Positions 33,008 through 49,792 of a stretch of 64,000 nt of DNA are shown here, piece by piece. Location: NCBI GenBank assembly GCA_964016885.1, contig OZ024741.1:71052001-71116000 (forward strand), read 5' to 3'. The position numbers were made by a program, and so were the translations under genes. The stretch comes from Eledone cirrhosa (taxonomy: Eukaryota). Position 1 is the first letter of the stretch, and every line of letters begins with the position of its first letter. Below the pieces are notes generated by a model. That model did no database searches, had not been told where the DNA came from, and worked only from the letters and a program-made list of their open reading frames with translations.

Positions 33008-33168
33008 TTCCCTTGCTTTTATCGAGAATCTAATTGTAATACGTGACGTATTCTATTCTATAGCGATTAGGTCTTCAAAATGTTTATTATAAACATACAG
33101 AATATTTTCGAATATTCTATGTCTATATTCACATATATATCGCTATTTCAGAGCATTTATTCCAATTT

Positions 33169-36279
<3,111 letters not shown>

Positions 36280-37170
36280 TGGAAAAAGTTCTGAGAGCTT
36301 ATACCACTATTAGCTGTTAGAGGGTTCTCCCTAAAAATGAAAGGCAGGTTGTACGATGCCTGCATACGAACAGCAATGTTGCATGGCAGTGAGACCTGGG
36401 CATTGTGTGCAGAGGATATACGCAGACTAGAGAGGAACAAAGCTTGCATGCTCCGCTGGATGTGTAACAGTAATATACGTGAACGGCAAAGCAGAAACGA
36501 ACTAAGGAAAAAATTAGAGATAAGAGGGATCAGATGTTGTTTACTCGAGAGAAGGCTACGTTGGTATGGACACGTGATGCGCATGAAAGTCGATGGCTGT
36601 ATAACAAAGTGCAGGGCAATAAAGATAGACGGTAGTCACGGAATAGGCAGACCTAGAAAAACCTGGGAGAGCTGATAAACTCCGACATCACACACTTACA
36701 CCTCTCGAAGACAATGTCACTGGACCGAGACCTTTGGCGGTACTCAGTAGCAGAGAAGACCCGCCTTACCTAAATATATATAGTAAAACCTACTCCAGCC
36801 AGTAGGCATCTCTAACAAAATACACCCCGTCCCACCACCACCACCCCCACCCCATCCACACCACCCCGTTCTATGTAAAGTTATATTGGTGCCGCGCCAT
36901 CCAGGCCGAAACAAATGAGATCGTGTAGGTGTCACGACAAAAAAAACACACAGTCCACGCTGTAATGTGGCCGTGTAGGCAACACGGTAAAAACCTCCCA
37001 GCCCCACACTGTAAATGTGGTTGGTGTTAGGAAGGGTATCCAACTGTAGAAAACCTGCCAGACAGTCCTATGCGAGCAAGACAATCACTCTTGCCTCAAG
37101 TGGGACTACCCCCGTCCAAACCCATGCAAGCGTGGAACACGGGACGTTAAACGTTGATGATGATGATGAT
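36280..37170 (+). mobile_element. RTE-clade LINE subfamily A, short 5'-truncated copy; its last ~120 bp are repeated at 37250-37370
   Basis: MKGRLYDAC...LHGSETW...[12 protein letters not shown]...GRPRKTW, then 3' UTR and (GAT)n tail. Confidence 0.92.
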
Positions 37171-37182
37171 ATATATATATAC

Positions 37183-37249
<67 letters not shown>

Positions 37250-37428
37250 CTGCCAGACAGTCCTATGCGAGCAAGACAATCACTCTTGCCTCAAGTGGGA
37301 CTACCCCCGTACAAACCCATGCAAGCGTGGAACACGGACGTTAAACGTTGATGATGATGATGATGATGATACATATACATATATATATACATATATATAC
37401 ATATATATATACATATAGATACATATAT

Positions 37429-40196
37429 AAATTAAAATAAGACTTGTCCTCAATAGAACTACGGTGACAGTAATATCTGCGTACGCACCCCAATCCGGAC
37501 TGCCCAGCACTATAAAAGACAGATTCTATAAGACACTGATGCTCACTACCTCCCAAATAACCGACAGTGACTATATAATTATTGCAGGCGACCTAAACGG
37601 TCACGTTGGACAACATTGTGACGGCTACGACGAAATCCATGGAGGCTATGGGTTTGGTACTAGAAATGAGGAAGGCTCCAGAATCCTGGAATTCTGTGAC
37701 GCAAATAACCTAACTATCTGCAACACTAACTTCAAAAAACGAGACAATCACTTGATCACCTACAGATCAGGGGAACATACCAGCCAGGTAGATTATATCC
37801 TTACCAGAAGACGTGACAGAGTGACTGTTGTAAACACTAAATCCCTCCCCCATGAAGAATGCACCTCCCAACATAGACTGATAATTAGCGACCTAATAGT
37901 CAGGACGAGATGTACTAGACAACAGAAGAGGACTATCCTCAGGAGGAAAATATGGAAGCTAAAGGACCCCACAGCCAAAAATAAATTTCAAAGCATATTA
38001 CTTGATGCTTTCGACAGTAAGGAAGAGCAATTAGAGTCGTACAAGGTAGAGGAACAGTGGGAATTCCTGAAAGCAAACCTGCTGACGGCGGCAGACGAAG
38101 TCTGTGGCTGGAGCAGGCCTGTAGGCAGGAGGAGAGTAACATGGTGGTGGAACAGTAAGGTGGAGGGGTCAATTAAGGCCAAAAAGCAGGCTTGGAAAGT
38201 ATGGCGGGATGGGGGAAACAGAGAAGACTATCAAGTGGCCAGGAGGGAAGCTAGGAGATAAGTGTACTTCGCAAGAAGGGAAGCAGAGGAAAGAAAGTTC
38301 AAGCATGTTCTACAACGTGAGGACCAAAAACGTGAGGTGTTCAGGATTGCTAGGCAATGTGTCAAGGAAAACAGTGATATTGTCGGGGAGAAGTGTGTAC
38401 TTAATGATGACGGCGTACTTGCCATCACCGACGCTGATAAGAAGGTAGCTTGGAAGTGTCACTATGAAAGGCTACTAAATGAGGAGAATAAATGGGAGAA
38501 AGACAGTCTCCCCCACATCGACCCAATAGAGGGACCAGCAGTGTTAGTTGAGGGTAGTATCCTAAGTAAGGCAATCAAAGATATGAAGACAGGTAAGGCA
38601 GCTGGGCCTTCGGAAATAGTTGCTGAGATGCTGAAAACCTCTGGAACGGTGGGACACACCATGGTCACCCGGATAGTCAACCAAGTCATACAGAATGGGG
38701 TTGTTCCGAAGGACTGGCGTAGCAGCATCATCGTTAACTGTTATAAGGGTAAAGGAGATGCCCTAGATAGGAGTAACTATAGAGGCATTAAATTAATCGA
38801 CCAGGTCATGAAGGTCACGGAAAAAGTAATAGCGCAACTAATCAGAGAGCGAATTGATCTAGATGAAATGCAGTTCGGGTTTGTGTCAGGAAAAAGTACC
38901 ACAGACGCTCTCTTCATTGTACGACAACTACAGGAGAAGTACCTAGCTAAAAGTAAACCCCTATACTTAGCTTTTGTTGACTTGGAGAAAGCCTTTGACA
39001 GAGTCCCCCGCTCCATTATCTGGTGGGCTCTTAGAAAACTAGGTGTTGATGAATGGCTTGTGAGAGCTATACAAGCCATGTATAAAGAAACAGTCAGCAA
39101 GGTTAGAACTAACAACGAATATAGTGAAGAGTTTAGTGTAAAAGTTGGTGTTCATCAGGGCTCTGTTCTTAGCCCCCTACTATTTATTATTGCCCTCCAG
39201 GCTATAACAGAGGAGTTCAAGACCGGCTGCCCATGGGAACTCCTATACGCAGATGATCTAACGCTCATAGCTGAATCAATGGCCGAGCTAGAGAAGAAAT
39301 TCCAAACATGGAAGCACGGCCTAGAATCAAAAGGCCTTAAAATTAACCTGGCTAAGACTAAAGTTCTAGTTTGTAGGAAAGAAAATAAGGCGCCGGTACC
39401 TTCCGGGAAATGGCCATGCTCAGTGTGTGGGAAAGGCGTAGGTAGAAACTCCATTTTATGTCCCAAATGCAAAGTATGGGTGCATAAAAGATGTAGTGGG
39501 ATCACAGGTAAGCTAACTAAGAACATAGATTTTACATGTGGCCGGTGTTCTGGGGCAATAAGTAGCAGCAAGTGCCCAAAAAATACTAGCTCTTTCAACT
39601 GCGCGGAGGGTTCTATAGAAATAGTGGACAGCTTCCGTTACCTGGGTGACAAAATCAGCAGTGGGGGAGGGTGCTCTGAAAGTACAGTAGCTAGAGTCAG
39701 AACTGGGTGGAAAAAGTTCAGAGAGCTTATACCTATACTAGTCGCTAAAGGGTTCTCCCTAAAAATGAAAGGCAGGCTGTATGATGCCTGCATACGAACA
39801 GCAATGTTGCATGGCAGTGAGACCTGGGCATTGTGTGCAGAGGATATACGCAGACTAGAGAGAAACGAAGCTTGCATGCTCCGGTGGATGTGTAATAGTA
39901 ATATACGTGAACGGCAAAGCATAAACGAACTAAGGAAAAAATTAGAAATAAGAGGGATCAGATGTTGTTTACTCGAGAGAAGGCTACGTTGGTATGGTCA
40001 CGTGATGCGCATGAAGGACGATAGCTGTATAACAAAGTGCAGGGCAATAAAGAGAGACGGTAGCCACGGAATAGGCAGACCCAGAAAAACCTGGGACGAG
40101 CTGATAAATTCCGACCTCACACACTTACACCTCTCCAAGACAATGTCACTTGACGGTACTCAGTAATAGAGAAGACCCGCCTTACCTAAATACAAA
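37429..40196 (+). mobile_element. RTE-clade LINE A (APE + RT), truncated at both ends, premature stop at 38259-38261
   Basis: SAYAPQ, AGDLNGHVG, SQVDYIL, SQHRL; NYRGIKL, QFGF, FVDLEKAFD, GVHQGSVLSP, LLYADD. Confidence 0.95.
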
Positions 40197-40426
40197 GTAT
40201 ATATACATATACACATATACACATATATACATATACACATATATACATATACACATATATACATATACACATATACACATATACACATATACACATATAC
40301 ACATATACACATATATACATATACACATATATACATATACACATATATACATATATACATATACACATATACATATATATATACATATACATATATATAT
40401 ACATATATATATACATATACATATAT

Positions 40427-40467
<41 letters not shown>

Positions 40468-40690
40468 TATATACATATACATATATATATACATATACAT
40501 ATATATATACATATACATATATATATACATATATAGATATACATATATATATACATATACATATATATATATATATATACATATATATATACATATACAT
40601 ATATATATATATACATATATATATACATATACATATATATATATATATATATATACATACATATATATATACATATATATATATACATAC

Positions 40691-40725
<35 letters not shown>

Positions 40726-40855
40726 CATATATATATACATATATATATACATATACATATATATATACATATATATATACATATACATATATATATACAT
40801 ATATATATACATATACATATATATATACATATATATATACATATACATATATATA

Positions 40856-41166
40856 TCATCATCATCATCATCATTTTATGTCCGCTTTTTCCTTGCTTGC
40901 AAGGGTGGGACGGGAACTGATTCTGGCTTGATTTCTACAGCTGGATGCCCTTCCTAACACCAACCTCATTTACAGTGAGTGCTGGGTGCTTTTTTGCCGT
41001 GGCACCTCCACGACCACTTTGCAGTGGAATCTCATTTCTACAGCTGAGTAAACTGGAGCAATGTGAAATAAAGTGTCTTGCTCAAGGAAACAACACATCA
41101 CCCGGTCTGAGAATTGAACTCACAACCTTTCGATTGCAAGGCCAATGCAATCGAAAGGTTGTGAGT
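40856..41166 (-). mobile_element. SINE with an RTE-B tail, 5'-truncated, ending in a fold-back
   Basis: Matches 10261-10570; 21-bp inverted repeat at 41118-41166. Confidence 0.8.
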
Positions 41167-41394
41167 ATATACATATATATATACATATACATATACATAT
41201 ACATATATATATACATATACATATATATATATATACATATACATATATATATATATACATATATATACATATACATATATATACATATATATATACATAT
41301 ACATATATATACATATATATATACATATATATATACATATATATATACATATACATATATATACATATATATATACATATACATATATATATAC

Positions 41395-41425
<31 letters not shown>

Positions 41426-41681
41426 CATATACATATATATATACATATATATACATATATATATACATATATATATACATATATATATACATATATATAT
41501 ACATATATATATACATATATATATATACATATATATATACATATATATATATACATATACACATATATACACATATATATATATACATATACACATATAT
41601 ACATATACATATACACATATATACATATACATATATATTCATATACATACATATATATACATATACATATATATACATATA

Positions 41682-43487
41682 CATCATCATCATCATCATC
41701 ACCGTTTTACGTCCGTTCTTCCACGCTAGCATGGGTTAGACGGGTTGTCCTGTTGTGGGCAGTGTCTGGTCGGCTGACCATGCCTTGCTCATACAGGAAC
41801 TGATCTGGCTTGATTTCTACAGCTGGATGCCCTTCCTAACAACAACCTCATTTACAGTGAGTGCTGGGTGCTTTTTCGTGGCGCCTAGACGTCCACTTTA
41901 CAGTGTGGGCTGGGTGCTTTTTTGCCGTGGCACCTCCACGACCACCTTGCGGTGGGGGGAGTGGGGGCATATTGTTTATATGCTTCAGCATGTACCCATG
42001 GGAGGTCGGGTACCCTGTATTACTGCGTGACGCCAGAAGTCACGGTCGTGTGTCATTGACTTTGAGAGGTGTAGTTGGGTAAGGTCGGCTTTTATCACCT
42101 CATCCCAAGTCATCTTGGGTCTCCCCACTCCGCGGTTTCCATCAACTTCTAGTGCTCTGCACCTTTTTATGCAGCTGTCATCCTTCATACGCATCACATG
42201 TCCATACCAGCGTAACCGCCTCTCCTGCACGCAGCATTTGATTCCTCTTATGCTCAGTCTCTCTCTCAATTCCTTTATGCTTTGTCGTTCACGTATATTA
42301 CTGTTACACATCCATCGGAGCATGCAGGCTTCGTTTCTCTCTAATCTACGTAAGTCTTCCACCTTCAGCGCCCAGGTCTCACTACCATGCAACATCGCTG
42401 TTCGGATACACGCATCATACAGTCTGCCTTTCATTCTGAGGGAGAAGCCTTTTGCAGCTAGCAGTGGTAGTAGTTCCCTAAACTTCTTCCATCCCGTTCT
42501 TACCCTAGTTATTGTACTTTCTGAGCACCCACCTCCGTTGCTAATTCGGTCACCTAGGTAGCAGAAGCTGTCTACTGTTTCTACAGGGCCCTCCCAGAGA
42601 TTGGTGGTACTTGTTTCCTGTGGCTGTTTGCTTGCTGTTTCAGCACAGCTGCTGCATGTGAATCCTACATTCTTAATTAAGCTTCCTGAGATCCCGCTAC
42701 ATCTCTTGTGTACCCATTGTTTGCATTTGGGGCAGAGAATGGAGTTCCTACCTACACCTTTCCTACATACTGAGCAAGGCCATTTCCCTGAGGGGATCTG
42801 GGTTCTGTTTTCTCGTCTACTTACAAGGACCTTAGTCTTTGTCATGTTGACTTTGAGGCCCTTTCTCTCTAGTCCCTGCTTCCAGGTTTGGAATTTATTC
42901 TCTAGTTCTACCATAGATTCAGCTATGAGTGCGAGGTCATCAGCATACAGGAGTTCCCATGGGCATCCGGTCTTAAACTCCTCCGTTATTGCCTGCAGGA
43001 CTATGATGAACAGGAGAGGGCTAAGAACAGAGCCCTGGTGGACCCCAACCTGTACGCTAAATTCCTCGCTATACTCATTGCCAATCCTAACTTTGCTGAC
43101 TGCTCCCCTATACATGGCTTGTACCGCTTTCACAAGCCATTCATCTACTCCTAGTTTTCTAAGAGCCCACCAGATTACTGCACGTGGAACTCTGGCAAAG
43201 GCTTTCTCAAGGTCGACAAATGCCAAGTAGAGTGGCTTACTTTTAGCTAGGTACTTTTCCTGTAATTGCCTCACAAGGAAGAGGGCATCAGTGGTGCCTT
43301 TCCCTGGTACAAACCCAAATTGCATCTCGTCTATATTCACCCGGTCCCTAATCAGCTGTGCTATAACTCTTTCTGTTACTTTCATGACCTGGTCCATCAA
43401 CTTTATACCTCTATAGTTTCCTCTATCTAGTGCATCGCCTTTACCTTTGTAGCAGTTGACAATGATGCTACTGCACCAATCTTTGGT
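41682..43487 (-). mobile_element. RTE-clade LINE subfamily B, 5'-truncated (RT to 3' tail)
   Basis: ORF 41985..43400 and upstream with LLYADD; diverged from subfamily A at many positions; (GAT)n tail. Confidence 0.95.
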
Positions 43488-43502
43488 ATATATACATATA
43501 CA

Positions 43503-46490
43503 TATTGCAGGCGACCTAAATGGTCACGTTGGACAACATTGTGACGGCTACGACGAAATCCATGGAGGCTATGGGTTTGGTACTAGAAATGAGGAAGGCT
43601 CCAGAATCCTGGAATTCTGTGATGCAAATAACCTAACTATCTGTAACACTAACTTCAAAAAACGTGACAATCACCTGATCACCTATAGATCAGGGGAACA
43701 CACAAGCCAGGTAGATTATACCCTTACCAGAAGACGTGACAGAGTGTCTGTTGTAAACACTAAATCCCTCCCCCATGAAGAATGCACCTCCCAACATAGA
43801 CTGATAATTAGCGACCTCATAGTCAGGACGAGACGTACTCGACAGCAGAAGAGGACTATCCTCAGGAGGAAAATATGGAAACTAAAGGACCCCACAGCCA
43901 GAAATAAATTTAAAAGCATATTACTTGATGCTTTCGACAGTAAGGAAGAGCATCTAGAATCGGACAATATAGAGGGACAGTGGGAATTTCTGAAAGCAAA
44001 CCTGCTGTTGGCGACAGACGAAGTCTGTGGCTGGAGCAGGCCTGTAGGCAGGAGGAGAGTAACATGGTGGTGGAACAGTAGGGTGGAGGGGTCAATTAAG
44101 GCCAAAAAGCAGGCTTGGAAAGTATGGCGGGATGGGGGAAGTACAGTAGACTATCAAGTGGCCAGGAGGGAAGCTAGGAGAGAAGTGTACTTAGCAAGAA
44201 GGGAAGCTGAGGAAAGAAAGTTCAAGCATGTTCTACAACACGATGACCAAAAACGTGAGGTATTCAGGATTGCCAGGCAATGCGTCAAGGAAAACCGTGA
44301 TATTGTCGGGGAGAAGTGTGTACTTAACGATGATGGCATACTTGCCATCACCGACACTGATAAGAAGGTAGCTTGGAAGTGTCACTATGAAAGGCTACTA
44401 AATGAGGAGAATAAATGGGAGAAAGACAGTCTCCCCCATATCGACCCGATAGAGGGACCAGCAGTGTTAGTCGAGGGGAGTATAATAAGTAAGGCAATCA
44501 AGGATATGAAGACGGGTAAGGCGGCTGGGCCTTCGGAAATAGTTGCTGAGATGCTGAAGGCATCTGGCACGGTGGGACACACCATGGTCACCCGCATAGT
44601 TAACCAAGTCGTACAGAATGGGGTTGTTCCGAAGGACTGGCATAGCAGCATCATCGTTAACTGTTATAAGGGTAAAGGAGACGCCCTAGATAGGAGTAAC
44701 TATAGAGGCATTAAATTAATCGACCAGGTCATGAAGGTCACGGAAAAAGTAATAGCGCAACTAATCAGAGAGAGAATTGACCTAGATGAAATGCAGTTCG
44801 GGTTTGTGTCAGGCAAAAGCACCACAGACGCTCTTTTCATAGTACGACAACTACAGGAGAAGTACCTAGCTAAAGGTAAACCCCTCTACTTAGCTTTTGT
44901 CGACCTGGAGAAAGCCTTCGACAGAGTCCCCTGCTCCATTATCTGGTGGGCTCTTAGAAAACTAGGCGTTGACGAATGGCTTGTGAGGGCTATACAAGCC
45001 ATGTATAAAGAAACAGTCAGCAAGGTTAGAATTAACAACGAATACAGTGAAGAGTTTAGCGTAAAAGTTGGCGTCCATCAGGGCTCTGTTCTCAGCCCCC
45101 TACTATTTATTATTGCCCTTCAGGCTATAACAGAGGAGTTCAAGACAGGCTGCCCATGGGAACTCCTATACGCAGACGACCTGACACTCATAGCGGAATC
45201 AATGGCCGAGCTAGAGAAGAAATTCCAAACATGGAAGCACGGCCTAGAGTCAAAAGGACTTAAAATTAACCTGGCTAAGACCAAAGTTCTAGTTTGTAGG
45301 AAAGAAAACAAGGCGGCGGTCCCTTCTGGGAAATGGTCGTGCTCGGTGTGTAGGAAAGGCGTAGGTAGAAACTCCATTTTATGTCCTAAATGCAAAGTAT
45401 GGGTGCATAAAAGATGTAGTGGGATCACAGGTAAGCTAACTAAGAACATAGATTTTACATGTGGCCGGTGTTCTGGTGCAATAAGTAGCAGCAAGTGCCC
45501 ACAAAATACTAGCTCTTTCAATTGCGCAGAGGGTTCTATAGAAATAGTGGACAGCTTCCGTTACCTGGGCGATAAAATCAGCAGTGGGGGAGGGTGCTCT
45601 GAAAGTACTGTAGCTAGAGTCAGAACTGGTTGGAAAAAGTTCAGAGAGCTTATACCACTATTAGCTGCTAAAGGGTTCTCCCTAAAAATGAAAGGCAGGT
45701 TGTACGATGCCTGCATACGAACAGCAATGTTGCATGGTAGTGAGACCTGGGCATTGTGTGCAGAGGATATACGCAGACTAGAGAGGAACAAAGCTTGCAT
45801 GCTCCGCTGGATGTGTAACAGTAATATACGTGAACGGCAAAGCATAAACGAACTAAGGAAAAAATTAGAGATAAGAGGGATCAGATGTTGTTTACTCGAG
45901 AGAAGGCTGCGTTGGTATGGACACGTGATGCGCATGAAAGTCGATAGCTGTATAACAAAGTGCAGGGCAATAAAGATAGACGGTAGCCACGGAATAGGCA
46001 GACCTAGAAAAACATGGGATGAGCTGATAAACTCCGACCTCACACACTTACACCTCTCCAAGACAATGTCACTGGACCGAGACCTTTGGCGGTACTCAGT
46101 AACAGAGAAGACCCGCCTTGCCAGTAGGCATCTCTAACAAAATACACCCCGTCCCGCCACCACCCCCACCCCATCCACACCACCCCGTTCTATGTAAAGT
46201 TATGTTGGTGCCGCGCCATCCAGGCCGAAACAAATGAGATCGTGTAGGTGTCACGACAAAAAAACACACAGTCCACGCTGTAATGTGGCCGTGTAGGCAA
46301 CACGGTAAAAACCTCCCAGACCCACACTGTAAATGTGGTTGGTGTTAGGAAGGGCATCCAACTGTAGAAAACCTGCCAGACAGTCCTATGCGAGCAAGAC
46401 AATCACTCTTGCCTCAAGTGGGACTACCCCCGTCCAAACCCATGCAAGCGTGGAACACGGACGTTAAACGTTGATGATGATGATGATGAT
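43503..46490 (+). mobile_element. RTE-clade LINE A, 5'-truncated, intact frame to the stop at 46137, complete 3' UTR
   Basis: Uninterrupted ORF from IAGDLNG to RLASRHL; (GAT)n tail running into a TA array. Confidence 0.95.
43504..46137 (+). CDS. Partial APE endonuclease + reverse transcriptase with an internal C4HC3 finger
   Basis: Track ORF 43456..46137; its first ~16 aa derive from the neighbouring element and microsatellite. Confidence 0.88.
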   Translation: MAGDLNGHVGQHCDGYDEIHGGYGFGTRNEEGSRILEFCDANNLTICNTNFKKRDNHLITYRSGEHTSQVDYTLTRRRDRVSVVNTKSLPHEECTSQHRLIISDLIVRTRRTRQQKRTILRRKIWKLKDPTARNKFKSILLDAFDSKEEHLESDNIEGQWEFLKANLLLATDEVCGWSRPVGRRRVTWWWNSRVEGSIKAKKQAWKVWRDGGSTVDYQVARREARREVYLARREAEERKFKHVLQHDDQKREVFRIARQCVKENRDIVGEKCVLNDDGILAITDTDKKVAWKCHYERLLNEENKWEKDSLPHIDPIEGPAVLVEGSIISKAIKDMKTGKAAGPSEIVAEMLKASGTVGHTMVTRIVNQVVQNGVVPKDWHSSIIVNCYKGKGDALDRSNYRGIKLIDQVMKVTEKVIAQLIRERIDLDEMQFGFVSGKSTTDALFIVRQLQEKYLAKGKPLYLAFVDLEKAFDRVPCSIIWWALRKLGVDEWLVRAIQAMYKETVSKVRINNEYSEEFSVKVGVHQGSVLSPLLFIIALQAITEEFKTGCPWELLYADDLTLIAESMAELEKKFQTWKHGLESKGLKINLAKTKVLVCRKENKAAVPSGKWSCSVCRKGVGRNSILCPKCKVWVHKRCSGITGKLTKNIDFTCGRCSGAISSSKCPQNTSSFNCAEGSIEIVDSFRYLGDKISSGGGCSESTVARVRTGWKKFRELIPLLAAKGFSLKMKGRLYDACIRTAMLHGSETWALCAEDIRRLERNKACMLRWMCNSNIRERQSINELRKKLEIRGIRCCLLERRLRWYGHVMRMKVDSCITKCRAIKIDGSHGIGRPRKTWDELINSDLTHLHLSKTMSLDRDLWRYSVTEKTRLASRHL

Positions 46491-46798
46491 ACATATATAT
46501 ACATATATATACATATACACATATATACATATACACATATATACATATACACATATATACATATACACATATATACATATATATATATACATATATATAC
46601 ATATATATATATACATATATATACATATATATACATATACATATATATACATATACATATATATATATACATATATATACATATACATATATATACATAT
46701 ACATATATATACATATACATATATATATATACATATATATACATATACATATATATATATACATATACATACATATACATATATATATATACATATAC

Positions 46799-46829
<31 letters not shown>

Positions 46830-47164
46830 CATATACATACATATACATATATATATATACATATATATACATATATATATATACATATATATACATATAT
46901 ATATATACATATATATATATACATATATATATATACATATATATATATACATATATATATATACATATACATATATATATATACATATATATATATACAT
47001 ATATATATATACATATATATATATACATATATATATATACATATATATATATACATATACATATATACATATATATACATATACATATATATATACACAT
47101 ATATATATATACATATATATACATATACATACATATACATATACATATACATATATATATATAC

Positions 47165-47229
<65 letters not shown>

Positions 47230-47278
47230 CATATATATATACATATATATATACATATATATATACATATATATATAC

Positions 47279-47313
<35 letters not shown>

Positions 47314-47317
47314 CATA

Positions 47318-47645
47318 CATCATCATCATCAACGTTTAACGTCCGTGTTCCACGCTTGCATGGGTTTGGACGGGGGTAGTCCCACTTGAGGCAAGAGTGA
47401 TTGTCTTGCTCGCATAGGACTGTCTGGCAGGTTTTCTACAGTTGGATGCCCTTCCTAACACCAACCACATTTACAGTGTGGGTCTGGGAGGTTTTTACCG
47501 TGTTGCCTACACGGCCACATTACAGCGTGGACTGTGTGTTTTTTTGTCGTGACACCTACACGATCTCATTTGTTTCGGCCTCGATGGCGCGGCACCAACA
47601 TAACTTTACATAGAACGGGGTGGTGTGGATCGGGTGGGGGTGGTG
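47318..47645 (-). mobile_element. RTE A 3' UTR-only copy, tail-to-tail with the 43503 element
   Basis: Reverse complement of ~46160-46490. Confidence 0.9.
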
Positions 47646-49792
47646 TATATATACATATATATATACATATATATATACATATATATACATATATATACAT
47701 ATATATACATATATATATACATATATATATACATATATATATACATATATATATACATATATATATACATATATATATACATATATATATACATATATAT
47801 ATACATATATACATATATATATACATATATATACATATATATATATACATATATATATATACATATACATATATATATATACATATATATATATACATAT
47901 ATATATATACATATATATATATACATATATATACATATATATACATATATATATATATACATATACACATATATACATATACACATATATATACATATAC
48001 ATACATATACACATATATATACATATACATACATATACACATATATATACATATACACATATATATACATATACACATATATATACATATACACATATAT
48101 ATACATATACACATATATATACATATACAGATATATATACATATACACATATATATACATATACACATATATATACATATACACATATATATACATATAC
48201 ACATATATATACATATACACATATATACACACATATATATACATATACACATATATATATATACACACATATATATATATAGATACACACATATATATAT
48301 ATAGATACACACATTTATATATATAGATACACACATTTATATATACATACACACATATATACATATATATACATACACACATATATACATATATACATAC
48401 ACACATATACATATATATATATATAAATATACATACACACACATATATATATATATATACACACATATATATATATATACATATACACACATATATATAC
48501 ACATATGCACATATATATATATATGAGTGCGTATGTGTTTGTGCGTTTCACCATCAGCATCCATTTTACATCTATGTTCTCATGCTTGCATAGTATGTAT
48601 GTGAAATGACGATATATAAACACGTACATATGCAAATATAAATCTTAAGATATCTTTGTGTGTGCGTGTGTATCTATCTGTGTGTATAATGTATGTATAC
48701 ATACATCCTGAAACATACAATTCTTAGAATATAATTTTCTCTTAAAAGTCTTTTACAGTTAATTTGGGATAAATATAGTGAGTAGTGAACAAGTACATTT
48801 CTATAGAAGTCAACACACCCGCCCACCCAAACAAACCACCCATACTCTCCTTCCACTCTTTCTCCATCTCTCGTTCTCTCCCCCTCTCTCAGTAAAGTAC
48901 ATCATTGAGAAATAACAAAAACAATGACAAAAATATACATGTATTTAATTTTTTTTTTTTCTTTTTAAATAAAAAATATAAAGAAGATTTTTTTAGTAAT
49001 GTACTAAAGAACCGAACTTTGCAGAATTGGAGAAAATCATAGATTTGAGGAATGTGAGGGAGGAAGGAAGTGTTGGTGAAGGAGAAGGAGGGGGCTGTTT
49101 TGTTTTCTTGTTAGTGTTTTTCTTGATTAAATTCCAAAACAATTCATAACTTATTAGATTTCAAACAAAAACATAAAATGCTCAGTAATTTAAGAATGAG
49201 ATTACCACCACCACTACTACTACTACTACTATTAATAATAATGTTTTAAAATTTAGGCACAAGGCCAGTAGGGGAAAGTTGATTAGCCCTTTCATTACCA
49301 TATTTCTAATAAAATACACTGCCTACAGTTTTCAAATAATTTTGAAAATGATTAAAAATTTGGAGAGATATAGTATTATAACTTTCTTATTACTAAGCTG
49401 GTGTTTGGAATGTAACTTAACAAACATTCTTACATAAAATCATGATGGAAGGTTTTTAGATAAATATAAACATTTCAAAATAAACAGTTTCGTTTTATAG
49501 AACCAAGGGTGGCTTGATGCCAAAAGGGTTAAAATGTTCAGGTACATGAGAAGTACATTATTTTATTGACCCTGGAAGGAAAAATGGAGAAAGTTGACCC
49601 CTATGGGAGTTTTCAAACTTAGGCACAAAGCAAGGTGTTTTGAAAGAAAGGAAAGTTGATCATTTCAACCCCAGTACTTAACTGGTACTTTATTTTACTG
49701 ACCCTGGAAAGTGACCTCAGTGTGATTTGAACTCAGAAAGTAAAGAGCCGTAATTATTTCGTCCAGTTTTCTAACAATACTGCCACTCCACT

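Larger units (their letters stand above)
31745..33168. mobile_element. 310-bp tandem repeat with one hammerhead per unit (retrozyme-like family B), arranged as an inverted array
   Basis: GAATATAGACATAG recurs at 31746, 32056 and 32366; orientation flips at ~32392; plus-strand cores at 32661 and 32971. Confidence 0.88.
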
